Below are positions 1 to 10,063 of a DNA stretch of 63,907 nucleotides, one piece after another. The notes below the pieces were generated by a model, which was not told where the DNA came from, searched no databases, and was given only the letters and a program-made list of their open reading frames with translations. Origin of the DNA: Candidatus Bipolaricaulota bacterium (GTDB lineage: Bacteria > Bipolaricaulota > Bipolaricaulia > UBA7950 > UBA9294); contig JBFMGK010000076.1 of assembly GCA_040752575.1 (NCBI GenBank), positions 1 to 63,907 of the forward strand, in the 5' to 3' direction. The position numbers and the translations under genes were made by a program. The number at the start of each line of letters is the position of its first letter. Position 1 is the first letter of the stretch.

Positions 1-88
1 GGGACGCGGCCGGCGCAGACCTGGCGCCGCCCGCCCATCACACGCTTCTAGTGGAAACTCCGGGCCATGCCCCGCGTCGCTCCGTGGA

Positions 89-901
89 CTACGGGAGGAC
101 GCGAATCGGGGCGTAGCCGACGTCCTGGACGAGACGCTGTCCGGCATCCGACAGGACGTACAGGATGACCTTCAGCACGTCGCCGGACGGGAAACCGTTC
201 GTCGACATGTACAGCGGGCGCGAGATCGGGAAGCTCAGATCAACGGCCGTCTCGATCGACGCCACGGCGCCGGAGACCGTCAACGCCTTCAGCTGCGGCG
301 TGACGTAGGCGACGCCGACGTAGCCGATCGCATTGGGGTTGCTCGACACTTCGGATGCGACATCCGCGTTCGAGGTCGTGTAGATCGCGCCGGAGCTTAC
401 GTCTGCGCCGTGCATGACCTTCTCGCCCCACGTCTCGAACGTGCCCGACGAACTGTCGCGCGACACGATCACGATGGGCTGGTTCGAGCCGCCGACCTGA
501 TTCCAGTTGGTGAACTCGCCGGTGTAGATCTTCTTCAGCTGCTCGAGCGTCAGATCCGACACGGGGTTCGACGGGTGGACGACCGGCGCGATCGCGTCGT
601 TCGCGACGTGCCACGTGAAGGGATGAACGCCCTTCTCAACGGCTTTCTGAACCTCCGACAGCTTCATCCCGCGCGAGTGATCGGCGATCATCGTCGTGCC
701 GTCGATCAGGTTCGCGATGCCAACGCTCGAACCGCCGCCGGAGACCTCGACTTCGATCGAGCCGGCAAGTGCCTCGGCGACCGCCTGGGCAATGGGGAGA
801 ACCGTGGTCGAACCGCTGATCGTCACATCCGTCGCAAACGCGACCATGCCCAACCCGAGAAGCCCGAGAACCGCAACAGCCAGCACACGCTTGCCTACCA
901 T
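89..901 (-). CDS. pstS: Phosphate ABC transporter substrate-binding protein
   Basis: Signal peptide, SGSTTVLP, GGGSSVGI, SRDSSSGT and NPNAIGY motifs. ATG at 901 follows an AGGAAAGGAG RBS. Confidence 0.93.
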   Translation of the reverse strand: MVGKRVLAVAVLGLLGLGMVAFATDVTISGSTTVLPIAQAVAEALAGSIEVEVSGGGSSVGIANLIDGTTMIADHSRGMKLSEVQKAVEKGVHPFTWHVANDAIAPVVHPSNPVSDLTLEQLKKIYTGEFTNWNQVGGSNQPIVIVSRDSSSGTFETWGEKVMHGADVSSGAIYTTSNADVASEVSSNPNAIGYVGVAYVTPQLKALTVSGAVASIETAVDLSFPISRPLYMSTNGFPSGDVLKVILYVLSDAGQRLVQDVGYAPIRVLP

Positions 902-1107
902 CCTGACTCCTTTCCTTTCTATAGACCTTGCCGGCAATATATACGATAGCGGCTCACTATGCAAATACTCCTGCAGATGCATATTCCTGGAAGCCGAAGC
1001 CGGGTGCCCTCGCAAGGGAAGCGTGAATGAGGTTCTCCGCGAGTCCGCAATTCTAGTTCCTACCAGCGCTTGCAGCGCCAGCTCGAGAGGCCAGGTATAC
1101 TAAGATC

Positions 1108-3513
1108 ATGTCTCCTGCGCGCAGAACCGACCCCCAGGAGCGCGTGCTCTTCTTGTGCCGCCACAACTCGGCCCGCTCCATTCTTGCGCAAGCCCTTCTG
1201 CGGGCAGCGTTCCCAGGGCGGTTCGACGTCGAAAGCGCGGGGATCGAGCCTGCCGGTGTGCACCCCCTCGCCCTCGAGGTGCTGCGCGAAGCCGGTGTAC
1301 CCATCTTGGGGCTCCGCTCGAAGCACGTTCAGGAACTCGCCGGCCAGCGGTTCGATTGGGTCGTGACGGTCTGCGGTACGGACGAGCCAACTTGCCCCTT
1401 CTTCCCCGCCGGTCGGCAGATCCATCACCCGTTCGCCGACCCGAGCCGCCTCCAGGGGTCCAAGAGCGAAGCACGAGAGGCCTTCCGCCGAGCGCGCGAC
1501 GAGATCCGCCAATGGATCCTGCAGACGTTTGGTCCTCCGCCAACGGGCGGGCGTCTCGCCCCCGCGCCATGGCGCCAGCTCCCCGTGGCCGATCTCTTGC
1601 GAGATATGGATCGCGTCATCGACGCCGCCCTTGAGGAGGATGAAGCGTGCACGGACCCGACCTCCAGAGCCATCTTCCCGGCAGACTTCGTCGCTCACGC
1701 CGTCCTGCGAGTCAAGGCACCGGGTGTCGTTGCCGGCCTGCCGGTCGCCGCCCGTGCATTCCAGCGACTCGATCCGCGCATTCGCTTCACGGCGCGCGCC
1801 TTGGACGGGGAGCCCGTCCTGCCCGGGGACGTGGTCGCCGAGGTGTCGGGGCCGGCCCGCACCTTGTTCGCGGGCGAGCGGACCGTCCTCAATCTGCTGC
1901 AGAGGATGTCGGGTATCGCGACGATGACGCGCCAGTTCGCCGACGCGGTGGCAACGACGCCCGCGGTCATCCTCGACACGCGCAAGACGGCGCCGGGACT
2001 GCGCCGCTTGGACAAGTACGCCGTGCGGATCGGCGGCGGATGGAACCATCGCATGTCTTTGGGCGGCCTGGCCCTCGTGAAGGACAACCACATCGACGCG
2101 GCGGGCGGCCCGATTCATGCCCTCTCAGCGATCCGAGAGCGGACCCCGAGTCTCCCGATCGAGATCGAAGTGCGATCCCTCGCCGAGCTCGACTTGGTTC
2201 TCTCCGTCGATCCTCCTCCGAACGCCATCCTCTGCGACAACTTCGCGCCGGCGGAACTGAAGCACGCCGTGTCACGTGGAGGCCAGTTCACCTGGATCGA
2301 GGCGTCGGGTGGGGTCACGCTGTCCGAGGTTCGTCGCATCGCTGCGACAGGAGTCGACGCGATCTCGGTGGGTGCACTCACCCACTCGTCCCCAGCCCTC
2401 AACCTCTCACTCGACGCATTGCAGGCTGCCTCGGGCAAGGGGAGGCCGCTCCTCGACGAGGTTCGGTCGCTGCGTCGCGAACTTGGGGCCCAGGTCCTCG
2501 TGCTGTCGCACGCCTACGTTCGCGAAGAGGTCTCCTTGGTGGCCGATCTCGTGGGGGACTCGCTCGAACTCGCACGAGCCTCCGCCGCAACGGAAGCCAG
2601 GCTCGTCGTCCTCTGCGGCGTGCGGTTCATGGGGGAGACGGCAGCTGCGCTGGCTGCAGCCGAGCAGACCGTTCTCCTGCCCTCGCCCGAAGCCGGCTGC
2701 TCGCTGGCCGAGTGCGCTGAGGATGCGGCGGTCGGCGAGGCACTGACTCGCCTCGGCGAGTGCGGCTCCGTCGTGCCCGTGGCCTACGTGAACTCCTCGC
2801 TCGCGGTCAAGGCCCGCTGTGGTCGCGGCGGCGGGACCACGTGCACGTCGGCCAACGCAGCCGCCGTCCTGAGATGGGCGCTCTCACAAGGGGAAAGAGT
2901 GCTGTTCGTCCCCGACCGCAATCTCGCTCTCCACGCGGCCCATACGGTCGGCGTCCCGGCAAGTGCTGTTCTGGAGTGGAACCCCGTCTCCCCGCCATCG
3001 CCGCACGAGATCCATGACGCGCGCCTCGTTGTCTGGCCGGGTGCTTGCTCGGTGCATCGCCATTTCACCGTGCAAGACGTTGAGGCGATGCGTCGTCGCC
3101 TCCCCGCGGCGCGCGTGATCGTGCACCCGGAGTGCGATCGCGCGGTTGCGCTCGCGGCCGATACCGTGGGATCGACAAGCCTGATCGCGCGAACGGTCAC
3201 GCAGTCGCCTGCTGGGGCCGCGTGGGCAATCGGCACCGAGCATCGTCTCGTCCTGCGCCTCGCTGCCGCCCATCCCGAGAAGACCGTGGTCGGGCTCTCC
3301 GACGTGCCGGCGTTCTGTTCCAACATGAGCCTGATCAGGCTGGAGAGCCTGCGGGACATGCTCCAGTCGATCGCGGACGGGGACCATGACCGGTTCGCGG
3401 TCAGGGTGCCTCACGACGCAAGAGCGGATGCTCGTGCCGCCATCCAGCGGATGCTGGACGTGACCGCCCCCGAGTCCCTGAGCACGCATCCACCGAATCT
3501 GGGGATCCGATGA
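1108..3513 (+). CDS. Triple fusion: thioredoxin-type arsenate reductase (ArsC/LMW-PTP) + quinolinate phosphoribosyltransferase (NadC) + quinolinate synthase (NadA)
   Basis: One 801-aa ORF. N-term CRHNSARS P-loop and VTVCGTDEPTCP. Middle ERTVLN, DTRKT, HRMSL, KDNH, EASGG (NadC). C-term AGCSLA, GACSVH, FCSNM cluster cysteines and HPEC (NadA). Confidence 0.9.
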   Translation: MSPARRTDPQERVLFLCRHNSARSILAQALLRAAFPGRFDVESAGIEPAGVHPLALEVLREAGVPILGLRSKHVQELAGQRFDWVVTVCGTDEPTCPFFPAGRQIHHPFADPSRLQGSKSEAREAFRRARDEIRQWILQTFGPPPTGGRLAPAPWRQLPVADLLRDMDRVIDAALEEDEACTDPTSRAIFPADFVAHAVLRVKAPGVVAGLPVAARAFQRLDPRIRFTARALDGEPVLPGDVVAEVSGPARTLFAGERTVLNLLQRMSGIATMTRQFADAVATTPAVILDTRKTAPGLRRLDKYAVRIGGGWNHRMSLGGLALVKDNHIDAAGGPIHALSAIRERTPSLPIEIEVRSLAELDLVLSVDPPPNAILCDNFAPAELKHAVSRGGQFTWIEASGGVTLSEVRRIAATGVDAISVGALTHSSPALNLSLDALQAASGKGRPLLDEVRSLRRELGAQVLVLSHAYVREEVSLVADLVGDSLELARASAATEARLVVLCGVRFMGETAAALAAAEQTVLLPSPEAGCSLAECAEDAAVGEALTRLGECGSVVPVAYVNSSLAVKARCGRGGGTTCTSANAAAVLRWALSQGERVLFVPDRNLALHAAHTVGVPASAVLEWNPVSPPSPHEIHDARLVVWPGACSVHRHFTVQDVEAMRRRLPAARVIVHPECDRAVALAADTVGSTSLIARTVTQSPAGAAWAIGTEHRLVLRLAAAHPEKTVVGLSDVPAFCSNMSLIRLESLRDMLQSIADGDHDRFAVRVPHDARADARAAIQRMLDVTAPESLSTHPPNLGIR

Positions 3514-5084
3514 CGCTCGAGGCCGACGTTCTCATCCTGGGTTCGGGCATCGCGGGGGCTGCCGTCGCGCTTCACCTGTCGCGCGACCCGCGACGGCGCG
3601 TCCTCGTGGTGAGCCGGGCCTCCGACCCTACCGACGGGGCGACTTCCTGGGCCCAGGGCGGGATCGTCGGTCATGTCGCCGAGGGTGATCCCGACCTCCT
3701 CGTTCGCGATCTTCTTGCGGCAGGCGCCGGCCTCACCCTTCCGGAAGCCGCGCAGAGGCTCGCCGAGGCCGGTCCCCACCTTGTGACACGCGTACTGGTT
3801 GAGGAGTTGGGCGTTCCCTTCTGCCGAAGCGCCGCCGGAACATGGAGCCTGGCGCAGGAGGGTGGGCACTCCACAGAACGCGTGCTTCACGTGCGGGACG
3901 AAACGGGGGCGGAAATCGAGCGCCACCTCATCGCTGCGCTCCTTCGGCGTGCCAACGTAACCCTGTTGCCCGCGCACACCGCGATCGACCTCCTTACCCT
4001 ACCTCACCACAGCGACAACCCCCTGCGTGCGTATCGGCCTGTCCGCTGCTTCGGGGCCTACCTCCTGGATCAGGCGAATGGGGAAGTCCTCAGAGCCCTT
4101 GCGCCGTTTACGGTCCTGTCAACGGGAGGCCTCGGCCAGATCTTCCGCCACACCACGAACCCGTCGGGATCGCGAGGGGACGGATTCGCCATGGCCCATC
4201 GGGCCGGTGTCCGTCTCGAGAACATGGAGTACGTGCAGTTCCATCCAACGTCGCTGGCCGTGCCGGGAGCGCGCAACGCACTCATCACGGAAGCGTTGCG
4301 CGGCGCCGGCGCACAGCTTCGCACGCCAGACGGCGAGGCCTTCATGAGGCGCTACGCCCCGGCCTGGGGTGACCTCGCCCCGCGGGACGTCGTCGCGCGA
4401 GCGATGCACTCGGAGATGGTGCGGCGCGGGTATCCCCACCTCCTCCTGGATGCGCGAAGCGTGTTCTCGCGTTGCGATGGACAGTCTGCCTTTCCGAACG
4501 TTCTGCGGAACTGCGGCATGGCGGGTATCGATCCGTGCGAAGAGCCCATCCCGGTCGTGCCCGCGGCCCACTACGCGTGCGGAGGAGTGCTGGTCGACAG
4601 GGTTGGACGAACGTCGCTCGAGGGCCTCTATGCCGTCGGGGAGGTGAGCTGCACCGGCGTCCACGGAGCCAACCGGCTCGCAAGCACGTCGCTCCTCGAG
4701 GGATTGGTCTGGGGCACCTCGGCGGGCGAGGACATCGCGACGCGCAGCGATGTCGTCTCGCCGCCGGAACGCGAGCTGCGGGAGTGGGAGGCCACGGGCA
4801 GCGAGGTCGCCGACCCCGTCCTCGTGCTCCGCGACCTCGAGTCGATCCAGAACACGATGTGGCACTACGTCGGACTCTCGCGCCGTGCTGACAGACTCGC
4901 GCGTGCGTCGGACGATCTCGACCACATCTGGAAGGGGATCGGTTCGTTCTACCGCACGCGGAAGGTCGACGACGGACTGGTCGGGCTGCGCAACGCTGCC
5001 CAGTGCGCCTGGGTCACGTGCCTGGCCGCCTTGCGGAACCGGAGCTCATGCGGCGCGCACTGGCGTGAGGACGCGCCAGCGTAA
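3510..5084 (+). CDS. nadB: L-aspartate oxidase
   Basis: GSGIAG FAD motif, WAQGGI, EGGHS, QFHPT, AHYACGG, HGANRLASTSLLE. ATGA overlap with the upstream fusion. Confidence 0.95.
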   Translation: MTLEADVLILGSGIAGAAVALHLSRDPRRRVLVVSRASDPTDGATSWAQGGIVGHVAEGDPDLLVRDLLAAGAGLTLPEAAQRLAEAGPHLVTRVLVEELGVPFCRSAAGTWSLAQEGGHSTERVLHVRDETGAEIERHLIAALLRRANVTLLPAHTAIDLLTLPHHSDNPLRAYRPVRCFGAYLLDQANGEVLRALAPFTVLSTGGLGQIFRHTTNPSGSRGDGFAMAHRAGVRLENMEYVQFHPTSLAVPGARNALITEALRGAGAQLRTPDGEAFMRRYAPAWGDLAPRDVVARAMHSEMVRRGYPHLLLDARSVFSRCDGQSAFPNVLRNCGMAGIDPCEEPIPVVPAAHYACGGVLVDRVGRTSLEGLYAVGEVSCTGVHGANRLASTSLLEGLVWGTSAGEDIATRSDVVSPPERELREWEATGSEVADPVLVLRDLESIQNTMWHYVGLSRRADRLARASDDLDHIWKGIGSFYRTRKVDDGLVGLRNAAQCAWVTCLAALRNRSSCGAHWREDAPA

Positions 5085-5188
5085 GGAGTGGAATCGGCGC
5101 CGTCGGTCCGCCAGCCTGATGAAGCGGCACGCTGGGACTTCTCCAACGAGGCGGTCCACCCTCGCTCGAGCTGGCCTGGTGGCGGGCG

Positions 5189-6394
5189 TCACGGGGAGGG
5201 CGTTCGAATCACAACTCCGGAGTGGATGACGTACTGAATGCGCGCCAGAGCCGACAAGTCAGCCGTCGGATCCCCATGCACGACGACCAGGTCAGCCTCC
5301 TTGCCGACTTCTAGCGTTCCCACGCGACCATCGATGCCACAAACTCGCGCCGCGTCGCGCGTCGCCGAGAGGAGGATCTGGAACGTCGAAAGCCCTGCCG
5401 ACCGCATGAGCTGCATTTCGGTAAGGGGCGTGCCGAGGTCGAACGGCGTCGAGTAGCCGCAGTAGTCGGTGCCCAGTGCGATGGTCCCCCCTGCCTCCGC
5501 GAAGCGCCGCAGATTCGCGTCCGCCGCGGGGCCGTACCGCGTTCCGTAGCGGGCATCCACCCCGTGCCACAACTCCAGTGTGGGAATCCACGCAACCCCG
5601 GCAGCTACGATGCGTGCCATCAGATCATCTGACGCGTCGTCGTAGACCATGTGGGCCAGCTCGTCGACCCCGGCGGCCAGCGCGAGCTCGACGTGGTCCG
5701 TGCGACTGACGTGTGCCGACACCCGCACCCCGCGGGCGTGCGCCGCTGACACGATGGCGCGAAGGAGTTCCTGGCTAGGCAACCGCCATGTCATACCGGC
5801 GAGGCGGTCCTCGATCCCCACCTTGATCAGGTCCGCGCCCAGCGCAAGGATCGAGGCAACCGCGGCCTCTGCGTCCTCGGCCGTGGCAATCGGGTAGACC
5901 CCCGTGTAGCCGCCAAGGCAGCTCAGGGGAGGGCTCGCCCCAATCAGGCGGGCCCGTCTTGGGTCACCGAGGCTGTTGTCACGAAACGCGTACAGGGCTG
6001 CGATCTCGGCCGCATCTCCCGTGCGGAGCCCGAGATCCCGCACGGTGGTCACTCCGCCGTATGCCCACGCAGCCAGCAATTCCTCATCGTACCCGCAGTG
6101 GATGTGCGCGTTGATCAATCCAGGCAGGATGGTCATCCCCTTTGCATCGATCACCTCGGCATCCACGGGTATGGCCAGTTCGCCGCGTGGCCCGACCGCA
6201 TCGATCACTCCGCTCCGGACGACGACCACGGCGTCCTGCAAGACCGTCCGCCCCGTTCCGTCGAACACGCCCCCCCCCACGAAGGCCATGACCGGGGCGG
6301 AAGCGGGGGACCGGAAGCTGCCGATCGCCACAAGACATACGAGAACGGCGAACTCCCCCGCTGCTCGTAGCGCAACACGACGCAACGCTGCCAC
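5189..6394 (-). CDS. Amidohydrolase family protein (possibly exported)
   Basis: PGLINAHIH, GVTTVRDLG, GADLIK, GTD and GKEADLV motifs. Confidence 0.85.
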   Translation of the reverse strand: MAALRRVALRAAGEFAVLVCLVAIGSFRSPASAPVMAFVGGGVFDGTGRTVLQDAVVVVRSGVIDAVGPRGELAIPVDAEVIDAKGMTILPGLINAHIHCGYDEELLAAWAYGGVTTVRDLGLRTGDAAEIAALYAFRDNSLGDPRRARLIGASPPLSCLGGYTGVYPIATAEDAEAAVASILALGADLIKVGIEDRLAGMTWRLPSQELLRAIVSAAHARGVRVSAHVSRTDHVELALAAGVDELAHMVYDDASDDLMARIVAAGVAWIPTLELWHGVDARYGTRYGPAADANLRRFAEAGGTIALGTDYCGYSTPFDLGTPLTEMQLMRSAGLSTFQILLSATRDAARVCGIDGRVGTLEVGKEADLVVVHGDPTADLSALARIQYVIHSGVVIRTPSP

Positions 6395-6916
6395 CTCCTG
6401 TTGAGCCCAACGCGCCAGCCTAGCGGAACGTCGCCATGGAGCGCAACCAAGGCACGCAGACCTTCGCGATGCCGCCGGTCAAGGAGCGGTCGAAGCTAGG
6501 CTGTCGCACCGTTGCGATCGGGCGCATGCGATGCCTCGCACTCCGCGCGAGAGTCGCGTCACGCTGTTCCGAAGGACTGGCGGGTGTCGACAGCCCCTGT
6601 GTCCGCGATCCAGCGTGTACCTCGCTCAGGGGATCCTGCCTCCGAAGGGCCTCGGCACGTTACGACGGCGTCCCAAGAGGAGGCCCCAGGGCAGCACGTC
6701 CGTGCGAAGGCCTGTGCGCTGGACCCGGCTGCTCGGCGAGGACCGCGCGACGCAGGGTAACGCGAAGCCCCACCACGTCCATCGCAGCATGGCTCTCTCG
6801 GCCCGGCCACGGCCCCGTCCACGTGCCCAAGAACGGGACGCCTGCTCCAGCAAGCGCTTCGCCCGTTCACCTGCTGCATGTCGGGGACGACGCGGAGCCG
6901 AGTAAGTAATGCATAC

Positions 6917-6945
6917 TTGACATCGTGTCATGGATTCTTTACTCT
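6917..6945 (+). promoter_or_regulatory. Sigma70-like promoter with overlapping inverted repeat (candidate XRE operator)
   Basis: TTGACA-N17-TACTCT. TGACA-N3-TGTCA palindrome at 6918-6930 in an AT-rich patch. Confidence 0.6.
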
Positions 6946-6968
6946 GACGCGCGGAGGTTTCCCATCGC

Positions 6969-7409
6969 ATGACAGCAGACATGGCGTACGAAGAGCGAAA
7001 CACCTGGATCAGTGGGGTGGCGACATTCGTTTCGTATGTCGTCTATCTGGGGATCGTCCTCCTCCGGGCGAAGGGCATCCCCCTGGCCGACGTCCAGTAC
7101 GTCGCGCCGCTCCTTTGGACCCTAGCGAGTTCGATCATCGCGTCGATCGTCGGCTGCGTCGTCGGAGCGTGCCTCTGGGGCAAGGGGTGCGGGAAGAAGG
7201 ACGTGCGTGATCGCGAGATCGAGCGCTTTGGTGGATATGTGGGGCAGTCGTTCATGTGCATGGGCGGCTCCGCGGCACTGATTCTGGCAATCCTCGAGGC
7301 GGACCACTTCTGGATCGCCAACGCGATCTATCTCGGCTGCGTTCTCTCGACCGTGCTCGGATCGATCACGAAGATCGTCGCGTACCGCCGCGGCCTGGGG
7401 TTCTGTTGA
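6969..7409 (+). CDS. Small integral membrane protein (DUF2178-like)
   Basis: About four hydrophobic segments and a DVRDREI motif. Coupled to a downstream XRE gene, as is typical for this gene pair. Confidence 0.7.
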   Translation: MTADMAYEERNTWISGVATFVSYVVYLGIVLLRAKGIPLADVQYVAPLLWTLASSIIASIVGCVVGACLWGKGCGKKDVRDREIERFGGYVGQSFMCMGGSAALILAILEADHFWIANAIYLGCVLSTVLGSITKIVAYRRGLGFC

Positions 7410-7636
7410 AACCAACGCGCGTCACGAATGCGATCCGCTCCCTTCGCTTCGCCCACGGCGAGATGACGCAGGCTGAGCTTGCGGATCGGATCGGCGTGAC
7501 ACGTCAGACGGTGATCGCGATTGAGCAGAGCCGTTACTCGCCATCGCTCGAGATGGCGTTCCGGATTGCCCGAGTGTTCGGCGTTTCGCTCGACGACGTG
7601 TTCAAGTACTCGGAGGATGAGGAGGAAATGGCATGA
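7406..7636 (+). CDS. XRE-family HTH transcriptional regulator
   Basis: MTQAELADRIGVTRQTVIAIEQSRYSPSLEMAFRIA. TTG start overlaps the upstream TGA. Confidence 0.9.
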   Translation: MKPTRVTNAIRSLRFAHGEMTQAELADRIGVTRQTVIAIEQSRYSPSLEMAFRIARVFGVSLDDVFKYSEDEEEMA

Positions 7637-8490
7637 CCGAAGGACCACGACGAATCACGCCGGCGCGCGCCGTGGGCACGTTCCTGCGTCGGGGCATGTG
7701 CTCGCAGACGCTGCTCGCCGCCGTTAACCATGCCTACGGCCGTCCGATGCGTGACGAGGAGCGCGCCTCGGATCCGCTCGTCGGGGGGGTCCTGCAGCAC
7801 GGGTACCAGTGCGGCATGCTCTGGGGCGCGGCTCTCGCTGCGGGAGCCGAGGCCCATCGGCGTTCCGGCTCGGGTCGGGATGCACAGGTTCACGCCATCG
7901 TCGCGTCGCGGCTGGCTGTGGAGGCGTTCCAAGCTCTGTGCCACACGGCGGATTGCTCGGACATCACGGGCATGACGGCGACATCCACGATGCGGGAGAT
8001 GGCGGCCTTCTTCTTCCTCCAAGGCGGAAGCATCAAGTGCTTCCGCTTGGCCGGCCGCTACGCGCCGGCTGCGTTCCGCGCGATCGACGCCGCCCTCGAT
8101 GCCGCAGTCGTTGATGCGGGGCCGTCGGACCGGGTCAGCTGTTCGGCCGTCGTCGCTTCGAAGCTACGCGCGTCGGAGCTTCACACCGTGATGGCGTCCG
8201 GGCTGGCCGGCGGGATTGGCCTGACGGGAGGCGGGTGCGGGGCCTTGGGCGCTGCCATCTGGCTCCAGGGACTGAACCGTCTCCGCAAGGGCAAGCGAGT
8301 CACGTACAAGTCGCCTCAGGCGCTTGCGCTGGTCGAGCGCTTCCTCAAGGCGAGCGACTACGAGTTCGAGTGCCGGAAGATCGTTGGGCACACGTTCACA
8401 TCAGTCGCCGAGCACTCGACTTGGTTGAACGAGGGCGGGTGCGCGGCGATCCTCGACGTCTTGAGCGATCGGACGATGGGCGAGACCTGA
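7633..8490 (+). CDS. Tandem two-domain C-GCAxxG-C-C family redox protein
   Basis: Two repeats of the pattern: CSQ..CGMLWG..C..C and CSA..CGALG..C..C. Confidence 0.75.
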   Translation: MTEGPRRITPARAVGTFLRRGMCSQTLLAAVNHAYGRPMRDEERASDPLVGGVLQHGYQCGMLWGAALAAGAEAHRRSGSGRDAQVHAIVASRLAVEAFQALCHTADCSDITGMTATSTMREMAAFFFLQGGSIKCFRLAGRYAPAAFRAIDAALDAAVVDAGPSDRVSCSAVVASKLRASELHTVMASGLAGGIGLTGGGCGALGAAIWLQGLNRLRKGKRVTYKSPQALALVERFLKASDYEFECRKIVGHTFTSVAEHSTWLNEGGCAAILDVLSDRTMGET

Positions 8491-8810
8491 TGCCATTTCT
8501 TGAGTGTTCTGGGCGGCGACTCAGGCTCAGCGACGAGGGCTTCCTCGTTCACGCGAGGCAGTGGGATGACGACGTGGCACGCCTCCTGGCCCGGACCGCG
8601 GAAGGACTTGCCGAGCTCACGGACGACCACTGGTCCGTGATCCGCTGCATTCGCAGGCACTACCTGGCTCGGCGCCGCGCTCCCCAGGTGCGCGCCGTGT
8701 GTCAAGAGACGCAGCTCTCGCTCAAACGGATCTACGAGCTCTTCCCGAGCGGGCCGGCGAAGGGCGCCTGCAAGGTGGCGGGCCTGCCGCGACCGGATGG
8801 CTGCGTGTAG
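8490..8810 (+). CDS. DsrC/TusE family sulfur-relay protein
   Basis: DEGFL, LTDDHW and LFPSGPAKGACKVAGLPRPDGCV C-terminus (CX10C). Confidence 0.9.
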   Translation: MPFLECSGRRLRLSDEGFLVHARQWDDDVARLLARTAEGLAELTDDHWSVIRCIRRHYLARRRAPQVRAVCQETQLSLKRIYELFPSGPAKGACKVAGLPRPDGCV

Positions 8811-8887
8811 CGGCTCGTTGGAGGCAGACCATGTGTAGTGACGGCAGGAGTCCCACCCTGAACCTGGCGGTCCCCTCCGAGGTTGGG

Positions 8888-10063
8888 ATGATCTACCTCG
8901 ACAACGCGGCCACCTCCTTTCCCAAGCCTCAGCAGGTCTACGAGTTCATGGACGCGTTCTACCGCAAGACCGGGGTCAATCCCGGGCGCAGCGGCTTCGA
9001 CCTCTGCCTCGTCGCGGGCGAACTCGTTGACGAGACGCGCGAGTTGCTGAGCAGTCTCTTCGGGGCAACAGATCCGAGTCGCGTGGTCTTCGCCGCCAAT
9101 GCGACCGACGCCCTCAATCTGGCGATCTTCGGCCTCGTCGGCCCCGGCGACCACGTCGTCTCCACACGACTCGAGCACAACTCGGTCGTTCGTCCTCTGT
9201 GGACGCTTCACGAAGACGCCGGCGTCAGCGTCGACTGGGTCAGCTTCGACTCAAGAGGCTACGTGGATCCCCAGGAGGTCATCGGCTGCCTCCGGCCAAA
9301 CACTCGGGCGGTTGTCATGAACCACGCGTCGAACGTTCTCGGAACGGTGCAGGACGTCGCGCCGGTCGGCCGTGCTTGCCGCGAGCGAGGCGTCCATCTC
9401 ATCCTTGATGCCTCGCAGACCGCCGGCGTGGTTCCCGTGAAGCTGGACGCGTTGGGCGCCGACATCATCTGCTTCACCGGGCACAAAGGCCTGATGGGTC
9501 CGATGGGCATCGGCGGCATGGTCGTGCGTGAGAACGTCGAGATCCGCCAGACGCGCGCCGGGGGCACGGGCGTCCGTAGCGCCGAACTCCGACATCTGAC
9601 AGACTATCCCTACCGTATGGAATACGGAACGCCCAACCTGCCCGGCATCGCGGGGCTGCATGCGGCGCTCACATGGCTCCGCCACGTCGGCATTACAGAG
9701 ATCCATGCCCACGAGATGGCACTGTGGCAGACCCTTCGCGACGGCCTCGCACAACTCGACGGGGTCACGCTTCACGGCCAGGACCCTGGTCAAGGAGGAC
9801 GCATCGGCGTCCTCTCGTTCAACGTCGATGGGTTCGAGGCTGCCGATGTCGGCACCCTTCTCGACGTCGACGCGAACATCGCCTGCCGCACGGGCCTCCA
9901 CTGCGCGCCGCTCTTGCACGGACAGCTCGGCACCCACAGGCTGCACGGCAGCGTCCGCCTCAGCATAGGGCCGTTCAGCAACCTGGGGCACATCGAGAGG
10001 GCAGTCGCCGCGGTGGCCGAAATCGTCGCGATGCGGCGCCTGACCGAATCACGTCAGGCCTGA
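8888..10063 (+). CDS. Cysteine desulfurase family PLP enzyme (aminotransferase class V)
   Basis: IYLDNAATS, EHNSV, FTGHKGL (PLP Lys), RTGLHCAP (catalytic Cys). Confidence 0.92.
   Translation: MIYLDNAATSFPKPQQVYEFMDAFYRKTGVNPGRSGFDLCLVAGELVDETRELLSSLFGATDPSRVVFAANATDALNLAIFGLVGPGDHVVSTRLEHNSVVRPLWTLHEDAGVSVDWVSFDSRGYVDPQEVIGCLRPNTRAVVMNHASNVLGTVQDVAPVGRACRERGVHLILDASQTAGVVPVKLDALGADIICFTGHKGLMGPMGIGGMVVRENVEIRQTRAGGTGVRSAELRHLTDYPYRMEYGTPNLPGIAGLHAALTWLRHVGITEIHAHEMALWQTLRDGLAQLDGVTLHGQDPGQGGRIGVLSFNVDGFEAADVGTLLDVDANIACRTGLHCAPLLHGQLGTHRLHGSVRLSIGPFSNLGHIERAVAAVAEIVAMRRLTESRQA

Noticed and set aside
7633..8490. Selenoprotein recoding in the C-GCAxxG-C-C genes
   Set aside because: Motif positions are ordinary Cys codons, and no in-frame TGA is needed in either paralogue.
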